Shown here: piece by piece, positions 41,801 to 54,273 of the stretch | Numbering within the stretch: position 1 is the first letter of the stretch | Layout of the letters: every line of letters begins with the position of its first letter | The notes under the pieces: generated by a model | Told to the model about the DNA's origin: nothing | Databases searched by the model: none | The model's input: only the letters and a program-made list of their open reading frames with translations | NCBI GenBank assembly: GCA_002633005.1 | Contig: NMRA01000025.1 | Span: 791,785-855,784, forward strand | Direction: 5' to 3' | Origin: Phoronis australis | Lineage: Eukaryota > Animalia > Phoronida | DNA: 64,000 nucleotides | Program-made: the position numbers and the translations under genes

Positions 41801-44800
41801 CTCAACATCGTCGCCCTGGTTACAGGGACACTTATGACTGGGGTATTTTTAGTCATCTATGCGCCACTGGACATGATTTCAATACTGATTATGTCACTAT
41901 CTTAGACTATGAGGAAGATTGGTTCAGAAGGGGTGTCAAGGAAGCTCTACCTTGAACGCATAGAGAGTCCCTCTTTGAATAAACGAGGTGGTTTAAGGTT
42001 CAATCTGTCACACGTGTGGGATAGTGTCCTAACCTCAATGCCACGCCGTCTGGTTAAAATGCCACCTATTAGCCAGAATAATAATAACATCAATAGTCAA
42101 GGTTAAGTCCATGAGATACGGTTGCAACGTCGCTAATTTTAGTAAGTTTAATTTCCAGTATTAGATTCAAATTTTATCTGTGTTTTTTCAAGTGGATGTC
42201 TCAAAATTTCCATGCTTTTTTGGTTGAAGGATTCATAATAACATTTGTTTAGAAAAATGGTGGCATTGTATTACTGTATTGAATATCATTATAAATTTGT
42301 TGTGTCCGTCATATTCACAGTATTCATCTGGATGAAGGCTTCAGGTGTTTGAAGGAAGAAGCTCCATTACATATTGTTTGGACATAAGTCCAAATACGGG
42401 CGTTCAAGTGTGAAGCTTTTGAAAATGGGGACTGGGTCTTAACCAGATTTTCTACACTATTAATCTTTCCAGTTTCTCGCATTGTTGGTCATTATACATT
42501 TATTAATCAGCTGATTTGGTTGCAGAGGTCATGTATTTGTAGAGGTCATATATTTGTAGTAGTAATGGTGAAAGAACTTCACATACTAGCGTTATTGATG
42601 AGTATTGATTAATTATGTAAGATTATTAGCTCTTTCTCACATTGATCGATATAGATACAGTGGGGCTTTCTAAATTGCCATTGTCACATAAGCCGTGATG
42701 ATTGAAAATATTGTAATAGGTTGCTGTCAATCACCGTGCTGTTTAGTCCTTGGGCCTGTTTCATGAAAGTGACTTTAGACTTAAGGCAGAAATTTGGTCT
42801 GATGCTCCCACTCGGTCTGATGCTCTCATTTGGTGTGGTGCTCCCATTTGCTCTGATACTCTCATTTGGTCTGATGCTCTCATTTGGTCTGATGCTCTCA
42901 TTTGCTCTGATGCTCTCATTTGCTCTGATGCTCTCATTTGNNNNNNNNNNNNNNNNNNNNNNNNNNNNNNNNNNNNNNNNNNNNNNNNNNNNNNNNNNNN
43001 NNNNNNNNNNNNNNNNNNNNNNNNNNNNNNNNNNNNNNNNNNNNNTGCTCTCATTTTGTCTGATGCTCTCATTTGGTCTGATGCTCCCATTTGGTCTGAT
43101 GCTCCCATTTGGTCTGATGCTCCCATTTGGTTTGATGCTCTCATTTGGTCTGGTGCTCTCATTTGGTCTGATGCTCTCATTGGGTCTGATGCTCCTATTT
43201 GCTCTGATGCTCCCATTTGGCTCTATTCTTATACTCAAAAGTTTTCGTGTCCCTAAATTTGGATACTGACACACCTTGACACACATGAGTTCAACAAGAT
43301 TTGTGCGTATACTGCATGTTAGTAATATGAAGACTATCGTATATCTAGTATATATACTGCATGTTTTTTATGTATTTTTACTCTTGTTCAGGTGTGTTTC
43401 CGACTCATAGATAGTCTTCTGGAGCAAGCTGACTTGTCTACATTCTCTGACCTGACCTGCTCAGTGGATGTGATCGCAGGCGAAGACAATGCAATTTTAC
43501 AGGTACCATGGTTTGAATTTATCACAACCTGTGGTTTGTCATGCAAGAGGCATAGAGACTTTTATAGCTTTTTGTTTTGGTTTGTTCTAAAGTTGCTGGA
43601 TCTGAGTTTGGTGAATAAGATGGCTAAAATTCGAATGGAAACAAATTCTAAGTATGTTCCAAATAATAATCTTTAATCTGGGTTCAAAATATTCCCAAAA
43701 CGGCATTTGTTTGCATTATCTTAGTAAACAATAATCACTGAAAAATGAAATTGGCTTTCCTGGAAAAATCTGTTCCATGGTTATTCTTAGAAAATGCGGG
43801 ACATACGTCTTGGATTTCTGTGCCTGGAACAAAGATCATGATTTGATTTGATGTATTACATACAAAACTCTGCTTAATTTTAATTTGAATTTCCGCCTGA
43901 TTCATTGTGCTTGGTTCCNATGTGTGTCACGGAGCGCAATTTCAGTGGACTAATTGTCTCTTGTAAACTCTTCGTTATATATGAACTAATAAGAGTTGCG
44001 GTAATTCTCCATTTGTGTCGTGCAAAAATGATTCTGAGAGTTGTCATTTTCCATTTTTCAAAGGCTGAATAACGTACATCAAACTGGTTTTCAAAACGCG
44101 GGCACGTTATATCAGACTATCACCATGATTTACTATGGAAGCCAGAATTTTGAACTTTATTTTTATATCGTTTCTTTGAACATTTGCAGGTCAGTCGATT
44201 CTGGAGGAATGCATACCAGTTTCTTAAGAACACCACGAGGTTACACCCTCAAAACATACCGCCAAGTATTAGTGTAGACCAGAATATATTAGGGTAAGGT
44301 AGATATGTAAATCAGCAACCTTACTTGTCAAATAAATAAGAATTTTTAGTCTAATAATTCTTACTAATAACATATCAACGCACTGATTTATAAAAGAGCA
44401 TTTATATGCTTCTTATGAAATGTTTTCGAGAACAGACGTACCCATTTGTGTTTGTCTTTGGATGTTCGTTTACTGATGTTTCGAAATGAAGACTCAAGGT
44501 CTTGCCTGTGGAGTCAGAATTATGGTGATTTTTAGTAACGTGGGCAAGTTAGTGGTAGTATAGTTGTTACCTGGTTCTTAGTTGATCGGTAAATGGAAAA
44601 GTTGACTAACAAAGTAGCAGCAGCGATGTTAAAAGAAATTGTTAACTGTAGTGATACGTATTTATTATTATAGTGGTTATGTGGGTTCTTTCTAGAAGGA
44701 GAATAAATCATATCAGATGATTAGTACCCTGCCAGCAAAATCATAACTCCCATTTGGCCTTTTTCGTCCTCATTACTGAAGCTACGCTAGCTCCACCTTT

Positions 44801-47800
44801 GGGTACTAATAAAGAATTAAACTGAAATACTGCTGTCCTGTGTACATGCGTCCTGAAGCTTACTATCGACCAGTCACCATGGTCTGTAGTGCTGTGATGG
44901 TCAATGAGACATTGCAGAGTAAACATTGGGCATGCAACTTGAACATTCTAGTTTTGTTGTTCTAGGTTTGTCTTGGTTAACCGTGAAACCAAAAGATGTC
45001 TCTGTACTGTACAACCTCAGACAGAAGAGACGAGACGACAAGGTAAAGTTCAAGGAGATTCGATTGCCAATGTTTTTGACTATAAATACTATTCAATGAT
45101 AATTGCCATTCCTTTGGCTCTTAAGTTAACAGACTATGTACTAAAACTGTGCATCTGACAATTATAAAGTGGATCATTCAATCCGACTACACGTACCAGT
45201 TTGTTGCATGTTTTTGTGCATTTATTTTCATTGATCAACTTATTACTGAGCTTTGACTGACAGGGCTCCTACACTCCACCAAGTTAAGGTTGAATACATC
45301 AGGTTTAGTAAACTTTTGAAACGGGATGCCTACTGCTAAGTCTAATTGGATTTCTGTGTTCGAGCAGTGGTCTTGATGGCTCAGTAGAGCAGACTGTCAG
45401 AATGGTTTGCAGAAGTTCCTGGGTTCGAGTACCGGTCACGTTATGTGGCCAACAGGTGGCGTGCCGACAAGAAGTGAACTTTTGATTTAGACCACTCATG
45501 GCTTTTAACTTGTTCTTTGCTCGAGTGAGAAATGATTTCTGGCGTTGTGAAAGTCTGGCAGTCTTTCATTTTTTGAGTCCCTGTTTGGCACGTAAAACAA
45601 CAGGCTTTGACTAGTCAACTCCTAGAGTTTCATCTCAAGGAATAATGAACTGTTGTTTTGAAGCCTTGAAATCATCCGCAGTTTTACTAGGGAACAATTT
45701 GGGACTAATTGTGTTGCTGAGTTGTGTAAAAAGAGAGTTTGTTGCTGCTTTAATTTTATAAATGTGTATATCCTTACATTCTCATTCTATCAAAATGTTT
45801 TCATAAAATAAGAACATCTGTAATCATTATGGAAATTGTAGTATAAGCAGTTTTTTGCTACCACAAGTTAATCATCAAAAAATGTCTGTAAAATTCTGCT
45901 CTGAGTGTTCTACCAATTCTATTTAGCATACTAAATATTTTATGAATTTCATCTGCTCCAGGGAGGTCACTGAGTGCTTCCAGAAGGCGGGAAGTTTTGC
46001 GGTCCTTCTACAAGTCTGTGATTGGCTCGCAGTTCCCCACACCTGACCTTGAAATGCAAACGGAATCTCTAGCAGGTGAGCAAAGCTCACCAACTCTCGT
46101 TTATGACTTGTTAGTCCATTATGTTTTTAGTTTTTTATGATTCAGGCATCTGTATTCTTTTTATATGTAAAGTGGAACACGCACGCTAATTCTTTATTTC
46201 TGTGATTGCTTGGTCAAGTTAGAAACACAACATATTGCAATGATGTGAGTATGAAGTAGGTTGAAACTTGCCAAATGTTTTCTTAAAAACAAGTCTTGAG
46301 TCGAAAATGATCTGCTGTAAATCACTCAACGTTGTCCAGTAAATGTTGTGACGTAGTGTTGGGGAATAACACTGCATGAAGTAGGCTATGGGAGCCCCCA
46401 AGGTAGGCTACGTCATTAGTGCAAAGGTCACCTATTTGTAGAATTTTCTATTTTCACATTTACAAGTTGTCAATGAATACAACTGCACTTTGTTTGGCAT
46501 AGATGATGTTCAAATAGCATGGTTGTTTAGTTCCTACTATACATGATCGTAGTTAGGAGCATGCAAACGCATCTTTAATGGATGAGTTTCAGCCGTGAAT
46601 TGACAGAGATGAAGTAGAATTGCTTTAAATATTTGTTCGTAATGTTTCAGTATCCCTTGACCCCCTTTGCTGATGTTTTTCTCCTTTGTGGTGCCCGTCA
46701 TGGGGTTATTGTGTAGATTGTGTGGTACTGGACTTGAATCTGTGATTAACAATGCGATTAGGGTCTAGCTCAACTGTTTAAAGGGGCGTTATGTGAGAAA
46801 GGCGACTTTAAAGATGAGCCTTGAATCTCATAATCGAACCTGTGTACGTGACTGGTAGAGTCACATGCCTTGATTTCTACGAATGTCTGACAGATGATGT
46901 CAAGGTTTGTTTTATAGCTCTGGTCAATGTTAATAACTTCAAGATGTCTATCCCATCCAATGGTAATTCCTAAAAAAGGTTTTTACTTGCATGGAGTTGA
47001 GAGAATTGAAACCATTGTATATTTGTGACCGCACTATACAATGTTTATACAACGCGCATGCGCAAGACTTTGTTATTCTTTGTCCATCCTTTCAGATACG
47101 GCCAACGAGTTCCACTCCAGTTTACCTCACGAATGCCTTGATACTTACGTCACTGCCGAGACGCACAAGTGCTATGCCATGCGCCATATTCACTTTCAGA
47201 TGTTTGCGCTGTTCTCACCGTTGATACCAACTTATGCAATGAGGTAGGATCTTGCCTGTGAGAAGTTCTCAAGATGGCAGCTTGAGATCTTGAAGTGTTA
47301 AAAACACTTTTCAGTAAAATGTGTTGAGTTTGAACTCATATAGGAATCGTGAATTGAAAGAAAGATTGCCAAGTGAGACTAGATATCGTACTCGTGTACT
47401 AAAAGAGTGCAATGATTCAGAATTATCTGTTCATTTTTTTTTCTTTTTTGATTGTGGTTTAGTTCTTTGGCTTTGTTTGGTTTGGAAGCTCGGTGGATAT
47501 ATTAACAAAAGATGTATGATTGAAATATGGCTATTAATGCCTGAAGCAGTTGAACATTTTTGGTTTGGAGAGGTTAACCAGTGAGCATAGCGTCTTAGAA
47601 TTTTGCCGACAGTTGTAAATCAAGGGTCTCGTTCACACGCAATAGGCCCTTTTGAAATTGACACGCAAAAGTAGTGAAAGCAGTTATCTTTGTGAACCCT
47701 GCTGTTAGCCATACAACTGATGCAACTGTTCCAATTGGACTGGGTTAGTAACCTCCGCTTGACAAAGGGTTTATGGTTGTAGCTGAGAAGATGATTATAT

Positions 47801-48050
47801 TGTTACCTCCCATGGATTCTGGATAGCCTGCCCCGAATGACATGTACTAAATAAATCTAAGCTTTCATCTATTCTAATTGCAAAAGTGTTCTAAAATGAT
47901 TCAAAATCAAAATATACAGTCTGTACTTGTATTTAAAAACTTTTGGTTTTTGTGAGTCTGAAAATTCAATCATGTGTATTGTTGCTTTGCAGGTCTGTAG
48001 TCAGTAAGCTACTGAACAGCATTCTGAAAGAGAAGTCCATTCATGTTTAG
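38851..48050 (+). CDS. FUZ: Protein fuzzy homolog (CPLANE / tri-longin domain protein); middle exons absent from this assembly
   Basis: Exons 38851-38928 (MAAYLLCLQAGTGVPLFTR), 39948-40069 (LPFPVIGSLNGVHMYG..IIWKVFHS), 40793-40946 (SITLI..LTNIKNVERFKKDIK), 43392-43502 (VCFRLIDSLL..DLTCSVDVI), 44190-44293, 44966-45042 (FVLVNRETKRCLCTV), 45962-46075 (RRREVLRSFYK), 47096-47243 (..PTYAMR), 47993-48050 (stop TAG). The motifs match Fuzzy as I recall it (LLCL..GVPLF, LPFSVIGSLNGVHMF, NVERLKKDLR). Confidence 0.93.
39666..39790. repeat. 25-bp tandem repeat, 5 copies
   Basis: Unit aactggacgttactacttttacttg. Confidence 0.92.
41279..42182. mobile_element. Two inverted 3' fragments of a Penelope-like retroelement (GIY-YIG endonuclease C-terminus plus 3' flank) in FUZ intron 3
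   Basis: Arms 41279-41681 and 41769-42182 are diverged reverse complements. With frameshifts they translate as YTGETKQSI..MSQHRRPG..GIFSHLCATGHDFNTDYVTILDYEEDWFRRGVKEALY..PSLNKRGGLRFNLSHVWDSVL, a typical PLE endonuclease tail. Confidence 0.85.
42793..43220. repeat. 18-bp minisatellite interrupted by an assembly gap (N 42941-43045)
   Basis: Unit tttggtctgatgctc(t/c)ca. A period divisible by 3 explains the four overlapping repetitive ORFs. Confidence 0.95.
45370..45497 (+). mobile_element. tRNA-derived SINE-like element
   Basis: A-box-like tggctcagtag and B-box gggttcgagtacc. The body ggtcacgttatgtggccaacag is shared with 1853-1875, and the tail gaacttttgatttagaccact is shared with 10290-10311. 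Confidence 0.6.
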
Positions 48051-48100
48051 GGGTTGCAAGGAAGCCAAACACAAGAATGCTTGAATCATTTGTAAATTTT

Positions 48101-48376
48101 TTGGTCTATTTGCACCTACCTCTAGCCTATTTACATTGGCGCAACGTTTCAGTTGTTCATTTCTTCGCCTTTTTGAGGTGTTGCTGCAGTCTTAGAATAA
48201 TGAGCAGATGAGCACGTGTATCTGATATTCTCAATTGTCACTCTATCACTAACTGCTACACGATGGAATCATCCATTTCACATTTTGCTATAACAACTGA
48301 AGATGACTTGGAAAAAGGACCAACTGAAATTCTGTGCCAATTTAAATAGGCCAGAAGATGGTGTAATTTGACCCAG
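48101..48376. repeat. Diverged inverted repeat just downstream of the FUZ stop codon, possibly Penelope pLTR remnants
   Basis: tagcctatttacattggcgcaacgtttcagttg pairs with caactgaaattctgtgccaatttaaataggcca. A ctgaaga..gaaa motif lies at 48297-48330. Confidence 0.5.
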
Positions 48377-49277
48377 TACATTTTTGAAATTTTAGGAAGT
48401 CAAGAATCCTTGCATAGCACCTTGTTAAGATTTACCAATATCGAATCTCATACAGGACATTCCATTGTTTTATGATATAAATTCCAAAAACTTCCTTTAC
48501 GTGAACAGATCAACTAAATTCATTCTTTTGTTAGGTTATTGATGATGTTGATGTATGTGATTGAATTGTGAGAACCAGTTAAGCATATGTGCACACGATT
48601 ATTAATGTAAATATTGAGTAGACTTTTGACACGTTTTTGATGTTCAAGCCAAATTTCCATCCATCAACAGACTTTCTATTATTTACAATACTGCTGATAG
48701 GAAGTTGTTCAGGTGCCATACTGTTTGTACTTACTATATTGTAGTTGCATATAACCCCATCATACTACATGTATATAGTAATTTATTCAGCTCTGCTATG
48801 TTTGTTTATTACGGTAATCACTCCCTAGTTTCGCACATTCACCTGGAAAAAGACTTCCTAGTTATTTGCCCAGGATGATTTTTAAAATTTTTAGTATGCA
48901 CTGGTCGATAGGATTTTCTGCACCCATATGTGGGTGATTGTATGTACTTGGGTCTACTGTTGTGTTGTGACTGTATGGTGACAGTGTTTGATATAATTGT
49001 GAGCACATTTGAATGCTGTTTACAATTTGATAATGTGAGGGTATATTTTAGTGCTTATGTTACTCTTTAGTCTGAGTTTCTGTATGAAAGAAACTCTTCC
49101 CATTTGCTCTTTTTGTGTCCATTGAAAGCTGGTCTTTCAGATAAATGGATTAACTCCCAGAAAGTTTTGACTTCATCTTTCTGAAGGGATTTCTCAACTG
49201 ATAGGATTCAGTCCTTAGTCCCAGAATACCAGAATACGTGTGTCCTTGACCTATGCACTTAACTTGGCGCCCGTTAT

Positions 49278-49400
49278 ATAGACGCAACACAATCGCGAAA
49301 AGGCAACATTGTGCAAGACTTCGCGAGATATCGCCATGCATTACAAGCAAATCAAGTGATCACACTAGCTTCGCTAGCGAAATTTTTGCATCCACAGGAC
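49278..49400. mobile_element. Short MITE-like dispersed repeat, copy 2 (related to 1275-1396)
   Basis: tagacgcaa..cttcgcgagatatcgccatgcattacaag..gtgatcaca..gaaatttttgcatccac aligns by eye with 1275-1396. Confidence 0.55.
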
Positions 49401-49709
49401 TCAACCTTGCATTGCTCCAGTTGACTATATGCAATTTCCAAACTTGTCTGGGAAGTAAGTTGTCATGACCTTGGGTTCTGTCCAGGGAGTTGAAACAGAG
49501 ACTTTTGTTAGCGCACTCTATAGGAACCAAAGTTAGTTCCTGGCACAGTGTGCTAAATGAGCTATTATAGGTATCAGACTGTTTTGTTTATTTTGTGTAC
49601 GCCGTTTTCTGAAAACAAAATTATTTGGTTTGAAAAAGGAGAGAGATTAGCATAGTTCTTGTCTAGCAATAAATCTGGCATCTTACCAAATATTGTTGAA
49701 CCTACTAGG

Positions 49710-49810
49710 TTAATTTAGCACGTGTAATTTAGCACTTGTGTAATTTAGCACTTGTGTAATTTAGCACTTATGTAATTTAGCACTTCTGTAATTTAGCACT
49801 TGTGTAATTT
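49710..49810. repeat. About 16-bp tandem repeat, about 6 copies
   Basis: Unit taatttagcacttgtg. Confidence 0.9.
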
Positions 49811-50944
49811 TCTTTTTCGTTCAATGTTATTTTGTGTAGTCAATGTACCTGTTATTATTTATGTGATGAGTAACTGATTCATATCCTTGAGACAATTACT
49901 GCATGGTTAACAGAATTGGTGATCTTTTGTTAGTAGAGATGCTGTCAATATATGGCATTGTGATTTTTGCACCCAAAGATGGAGACTGGTTTGTGTTGTG
50001 AATATGCAATTAACTGTGAGATGCGGTATTGAATTTGAGGATTGCAATGCATTTTATCTCAAAGATCCTGTGTGTACTAGTTTCAATTATTGCCAATATC
50101 TTCTCAACTTGACCATGTGATTGTTATCGGGTCCAGTAGCAATTTTATTATCGTGGACCGCAAGGGCGTTCTCATAATCAGCGTTCTTTTTGCTGAACTG
50201 TACTTTTCTCACGAGATGCAGATGTTTTTTCTTGTGCCGCAATTTTACTCTCATGCATACTGTGGTAAAGCACATCATGTTCTCAGTTGTAGTATATTGA
50301 CTGTGTTAATAGTGTTAAGTAGTGCAATTTATATCTCCTGTCAAATATGAAAAAGAAATGCGGTTTAAGAGAAAAAATAGAGTTCAGAGTAATAGAATTG
50401 TGGTTTAAGAGAAAAGAACTGCTGCAGGTGACAAGAAATAAATGTGTTAATCATAAGGAAACAATGCGGAATGGAGCTCTTGGGTTTTAAGGCGGAAAAA
50501 TACATTTTTGGGATTTTGAAATTGTTGGATGGGATAGACGTCTTGAATTTATTAGCTATAAAACAAAAAAATTGGTTGTTTTTTTAATTTTATTACAAAG
50601 TACCAATTCTCGTCGTTGGCTGATAGTCATTCACTGAAAGTGAGACAGTCCATTTTATCGTTTAAAATATCCTTGAAAATACTCAAGTATTTGCCGATTG
50701 GGGTTTAGCTGCACTAGCAAAGCCTTGCAATGCGACTGTTTAGGTCGTGGGTTAGACTCAGTCTTCACTCTTGAGCTAATCTTAAAAACACTTTCTCAGC
50801 GACCGTGCCACTTTAGTGAAAATGTCTGTGCAAAACGTAATGTAAGAAAATCGTCTCCCCTGTTAATCATTCATTTGATTTCTGGTTCATGTATCTGTTT
50901 TAACTTGTACTCAGAAAAATTGAACTTCTTGGACTACAGGCTTT

Positions 50945-51130
50945 ATAAGTCAGAAATTTGGTCTTGCACTCCACAAATTTTTCTGAGAAATATTCAAGTC
51001 TCACTTAAACAAAAATGCAGTCGTCCACTCATAATTACTTTGATAAATTTTTATTCAGCAATTGCGAAGCGTGATCACAAGACCAAATTTCTGTCATAAG
51101 TCTTTAGTCACTTTTCATGAAACGGACCTT
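50945..51130. mobile_element. MITE family copy (aagtcagaaatttggtct terminus)
   Basis: Inverted pair agaaatttggtcttg / caagaccaaatttct, followed by agtcacttttcatgaaacggacc. Confidence 0.55.
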
Positions 51131-51470
51131 GGGATTTTTGTTTATCACACACCAACAGCTAAGATGCCGAAAACTTCCCGTCTAATGTTATTTCAACTTG
51201 GCACTGTGGTAAATATTTTTGCTGCTATTCCTTGCTTTATGTATCAATGACCCATGGGATGAGATATTGCCAATATCTTGGTTTTGAACTGGATTTGTGA
51301 ACACCACTCTGCTAAATGGAGATACGTTTTCACACAGGTTTTAACTAACAGAGACAGTTGGAAGTCTGAACAGTTTTAGAAGTTCATTGAGTTAACAACT
51401 AACATTTTTTATGGAATTCAAGGAAATGGATTTCCAGTTTAGTGCAGATTACTGTACTTGGTGGCTAAAT

Positions 51471-51579
51471 TTGTTTAAGAATACGTGACATACCATATAT
51501 TAGCTTGTTTAAGAATACGTGACATACCATATATTAGCTTGTTTAAGAATACGTGACATACCATATATTAGCTTGTTTA
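51471..51579. repeat. 34-bp tandem repeat, 3 copies
   Basis: Unit ttgtttaagaatacgtgacataccatatattagc. Confidence 0.92.
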
Positions 51580-53003
51580 GTGCTGGTATTTCTGTTATTT
51601 CATCACGATTTAAGGGTTAATCTTGTACTATAAGAAATCATGGAAATCCGTGTTTTGATATGAAAACTGCAGGGAGTTGTAAGAATTTGTTAAGTTTTGC
51701 GTTGTATCAAATGATCTTAGTTATTGATACTGGTGTAAATGTCTGTCATAATTGCGTATAAATTTTCTGAATCCTAGTTCTTGTGCTTGTCACACTCTCA
51801 TTATAAAATGTTGAATAGCTTGCAAGTAAAATTTCTGGTTTTACTAAACAGATTCTTGAGGTGGTGTAATTTTAAGAAACCATACAAAATATGTCAAGTA
51901 TATATTGATGTTTTTGCTAATTTGTCTTGAAACAAAAATGAGCAGACGTCTTCTTAGGCTACCATTGAAGTGTAACATATTTGAGAATGTATTGATTTCA
52001 TTATTTGTTGACAAGGCATGTACATTTGTATGGAATGAAAATATAAAATAATGAAATTTATTGAGGATTATATATTTTAATAACCTTTGATTACAAAAAT
52101 AAAATGACAAAAATCAACTATGCATTTTTCTGAATTTATAACATAATGGACGTTTCATTTAATGGAAACCTGTTTCTGTAAAGGGCAAAGTGTAATTGAG
52201 CAAACCATTTGACCAGGTTTTCACCAAGGGCCACCTGCACGTGGATTTCCATATCTTGCCTCAATCAGTTATTCATTATCTGCAAAGATATACACTGAGA
52301 CTGACTTTCACTCGAAATTCTGTATTTAATTTTCATGTACTTGGTTGGTTCGTGACGCTCAAATCTGTTGGATTTTTGTTTGAGACAAAGGAAAAACAAA
52401 ATCATCACCTCTGCAAAAGTGCAAATTTCAAGCCTATTTTTCGCCAACCAAAGGTATCAAAAACAAGCAAAGACTGAAAGTTAACTTGCAGTCAAAACGC
52501 AGTATTACACGAGCAGAACACAAAAGACCAAAAATCAAACTCTGACTAAACGTAGTCGATTTCTAAATTCGGGCTCAAGTCAAAAGACAACTGAAGTTAA
52601 AAGTCTCGGAAAAAATCCCCTACCGATGTCAATAAATTAATGTGACCCGCTGCTTAAGTGAAATTAGAGGTAGTTCCTATTATATACCCAAGAGACGAGA
52701 AAAACCTCTAAGATTTGGCAATACACCTTGGGTGAGAACTTGGCTATAAATTTTGTCAAGAAAATATTAAGAAGCATGATTCAATTAACAAATTCAACAA
52801 AGACTTATACATAACACAATTCAGAACTATGTCGCATCTTTTACAAAGATATTATGCACCTTACCCTCTACATAAGCACCAGTTTCAAATGATTATACAT
52901 TCAGGTAACAGTTTACAGCAGTGACAAAAATAGCACTAAAAATCATGCGCACCGAAAATATTTTCCTTTTAATACAAAAGTAACCCTTTAATAAAAATAA
53001 GTA

Positions 53004-53391
53004 CAGTTGAAACTCGTTAGAATGAACCTCCTGGGACCTATCAAAGACGCATGATGAAATAGAATCGTTAAAAACAATTATAATAGAACTGTTTACTCGC
53101 CCTTTTTTCTGTAAGGCTATCCAACAGCATGCACCAATTCAAATGCTTGTTTGTGGCACATGACCACAAATATGAAATCGAGGAGTTTATGAAAAATCAA
53201 TTTTTTAGACTCACCGCACTTGTTCAGTGTAAAGTTGAGACATTGAAACTGCTACATTATAACCTTTGAATGTTGTTAAAAATAAAGCAAAGAAAAGGTA
53301 TTTTGCATGAGAGAAAAATGGGACTTCTGGAGTGAAACATTATCAGTGTGCGAACGTTTTAAACAGGGTTCGTTGTAATGTGATTCGACTG
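53004..53391. mobile_element. Tc1/mariner (Tigger-like) MITE in the HPS5 3' region; duplicate at 54775-55174
   Basis: TIR pair (ta)cagttgaaactcgttagaatgaacc / ggttcgttgtaatgtgattcgactg. Confidence 0.55.
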
Positions 53392-53611
53392 TTCAATATC
53401 TAGCAGTTAAGGACCAAATAAAAGAACTATACAAAATACTGCACAAAAGCAGAGAGCATCGTCTGATATCACCATGGTAATCAGCAGTGTCATTATCTTA
53501 AACAAAACGGACAATAGTCTTCCACGTCAGCGCAGTGCTTGTGAAATCCATGACCTGTAAAATTGAAATCAATAATTTTATGCAAGACCAGCAACAGGAC
53601 TGTGGCATGCT

Positions 53612-54273
53612 GAACAAACTGTGACGTCATGATGGCGGGAAGGTCGAATTTCTGACACTCCCGAAGTCTCCCCAATAATTATGCAGAAATATCTAAACTG
53701 ACGGGATAAACGTCTTCAGATCAGCTACACATGAGTGGTAAAACTAAGGAGAAGACAAAACAAGGTAGGAAACGTGTGCCTAGTAAGGACACTGAGGAAC
53801 TTCGAAAGTCATCTTGTTTAAAATCACTGAAGCAGCCTACCATGGAAGCCATTTTGACCAAGGAAAAGCAGGTCAACGACAAAGCGTCAAAGCTTTCACT
53901 GAAAGATGACCTCAAGGAAGCCTTGATGGACGGTGAAATCCAATCTATGTTCAGAGGTCTACTGAAACCTTTAATAGAGGATATGAGGGATGAGATTTAC
54001 AAGGCCTTGGAGTTGGAATACGGCAAAAAGCTGGAAGAAAAGGACAAAAAAATAAACTCCCTGGAAAACCAACTTTCGGAATTCAAAGAAGTGTTTGAGC
54101 GACGAGCACAAAAACATGAGAATGAAATGGACGAACTTCAACAGTACAGCCGGCGAACCTGCTTGATTGTCAATGGGGTAACAGAAACTGACGGAGAAAA
54201 CACCGACGATATTGTGATCTCGCTTGCGCAAAAAATGGGAGCCTCAACCCAAAAGTCGGACATTAGTCGCAGC
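53612..54273 (+). mobile_element. 5' end of a non-LTR retrotransposon: 5' UTR plus ORF1 (coiled coil and L1-type RRM start), truncated by the assembly join
   Basis: Open frame from ATG 53731: ..KKLEEKDKKINSLENQLSEFKE..MDELQQYSRRTCLIVNGVTETDGENTDDIVISLAQKMGASTQKSDISRS. The EQYSRRxxLxIxGVxE..ENTD..DIxRS pattern is typical of LINE ORF1p. The sequence is absent from the matching site in copy 2. Confidence 0.8.

Noticed and set aside
42684-43286. Four overlapping hexapeptide-repeat ORFs
   Set aside because: They are an artefact of an 18-bp stop-free minisatellite spanning an N gap inside a FUZ intron.
45370-45440. tRNA gene (also 35870-35935 and 1805-1830)
   Set aside because: A and B boxes are present but there is no acceptor stem or cloverleaf, and shared downstream sequence points to a SINE.
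53493-53554. A second, independent RING-finger gene or a true extra HPS5 exon
   Set aside because: It is the duplicate of the HPS5 last exon within the probable haplotypic duplication next to the N at 54274.
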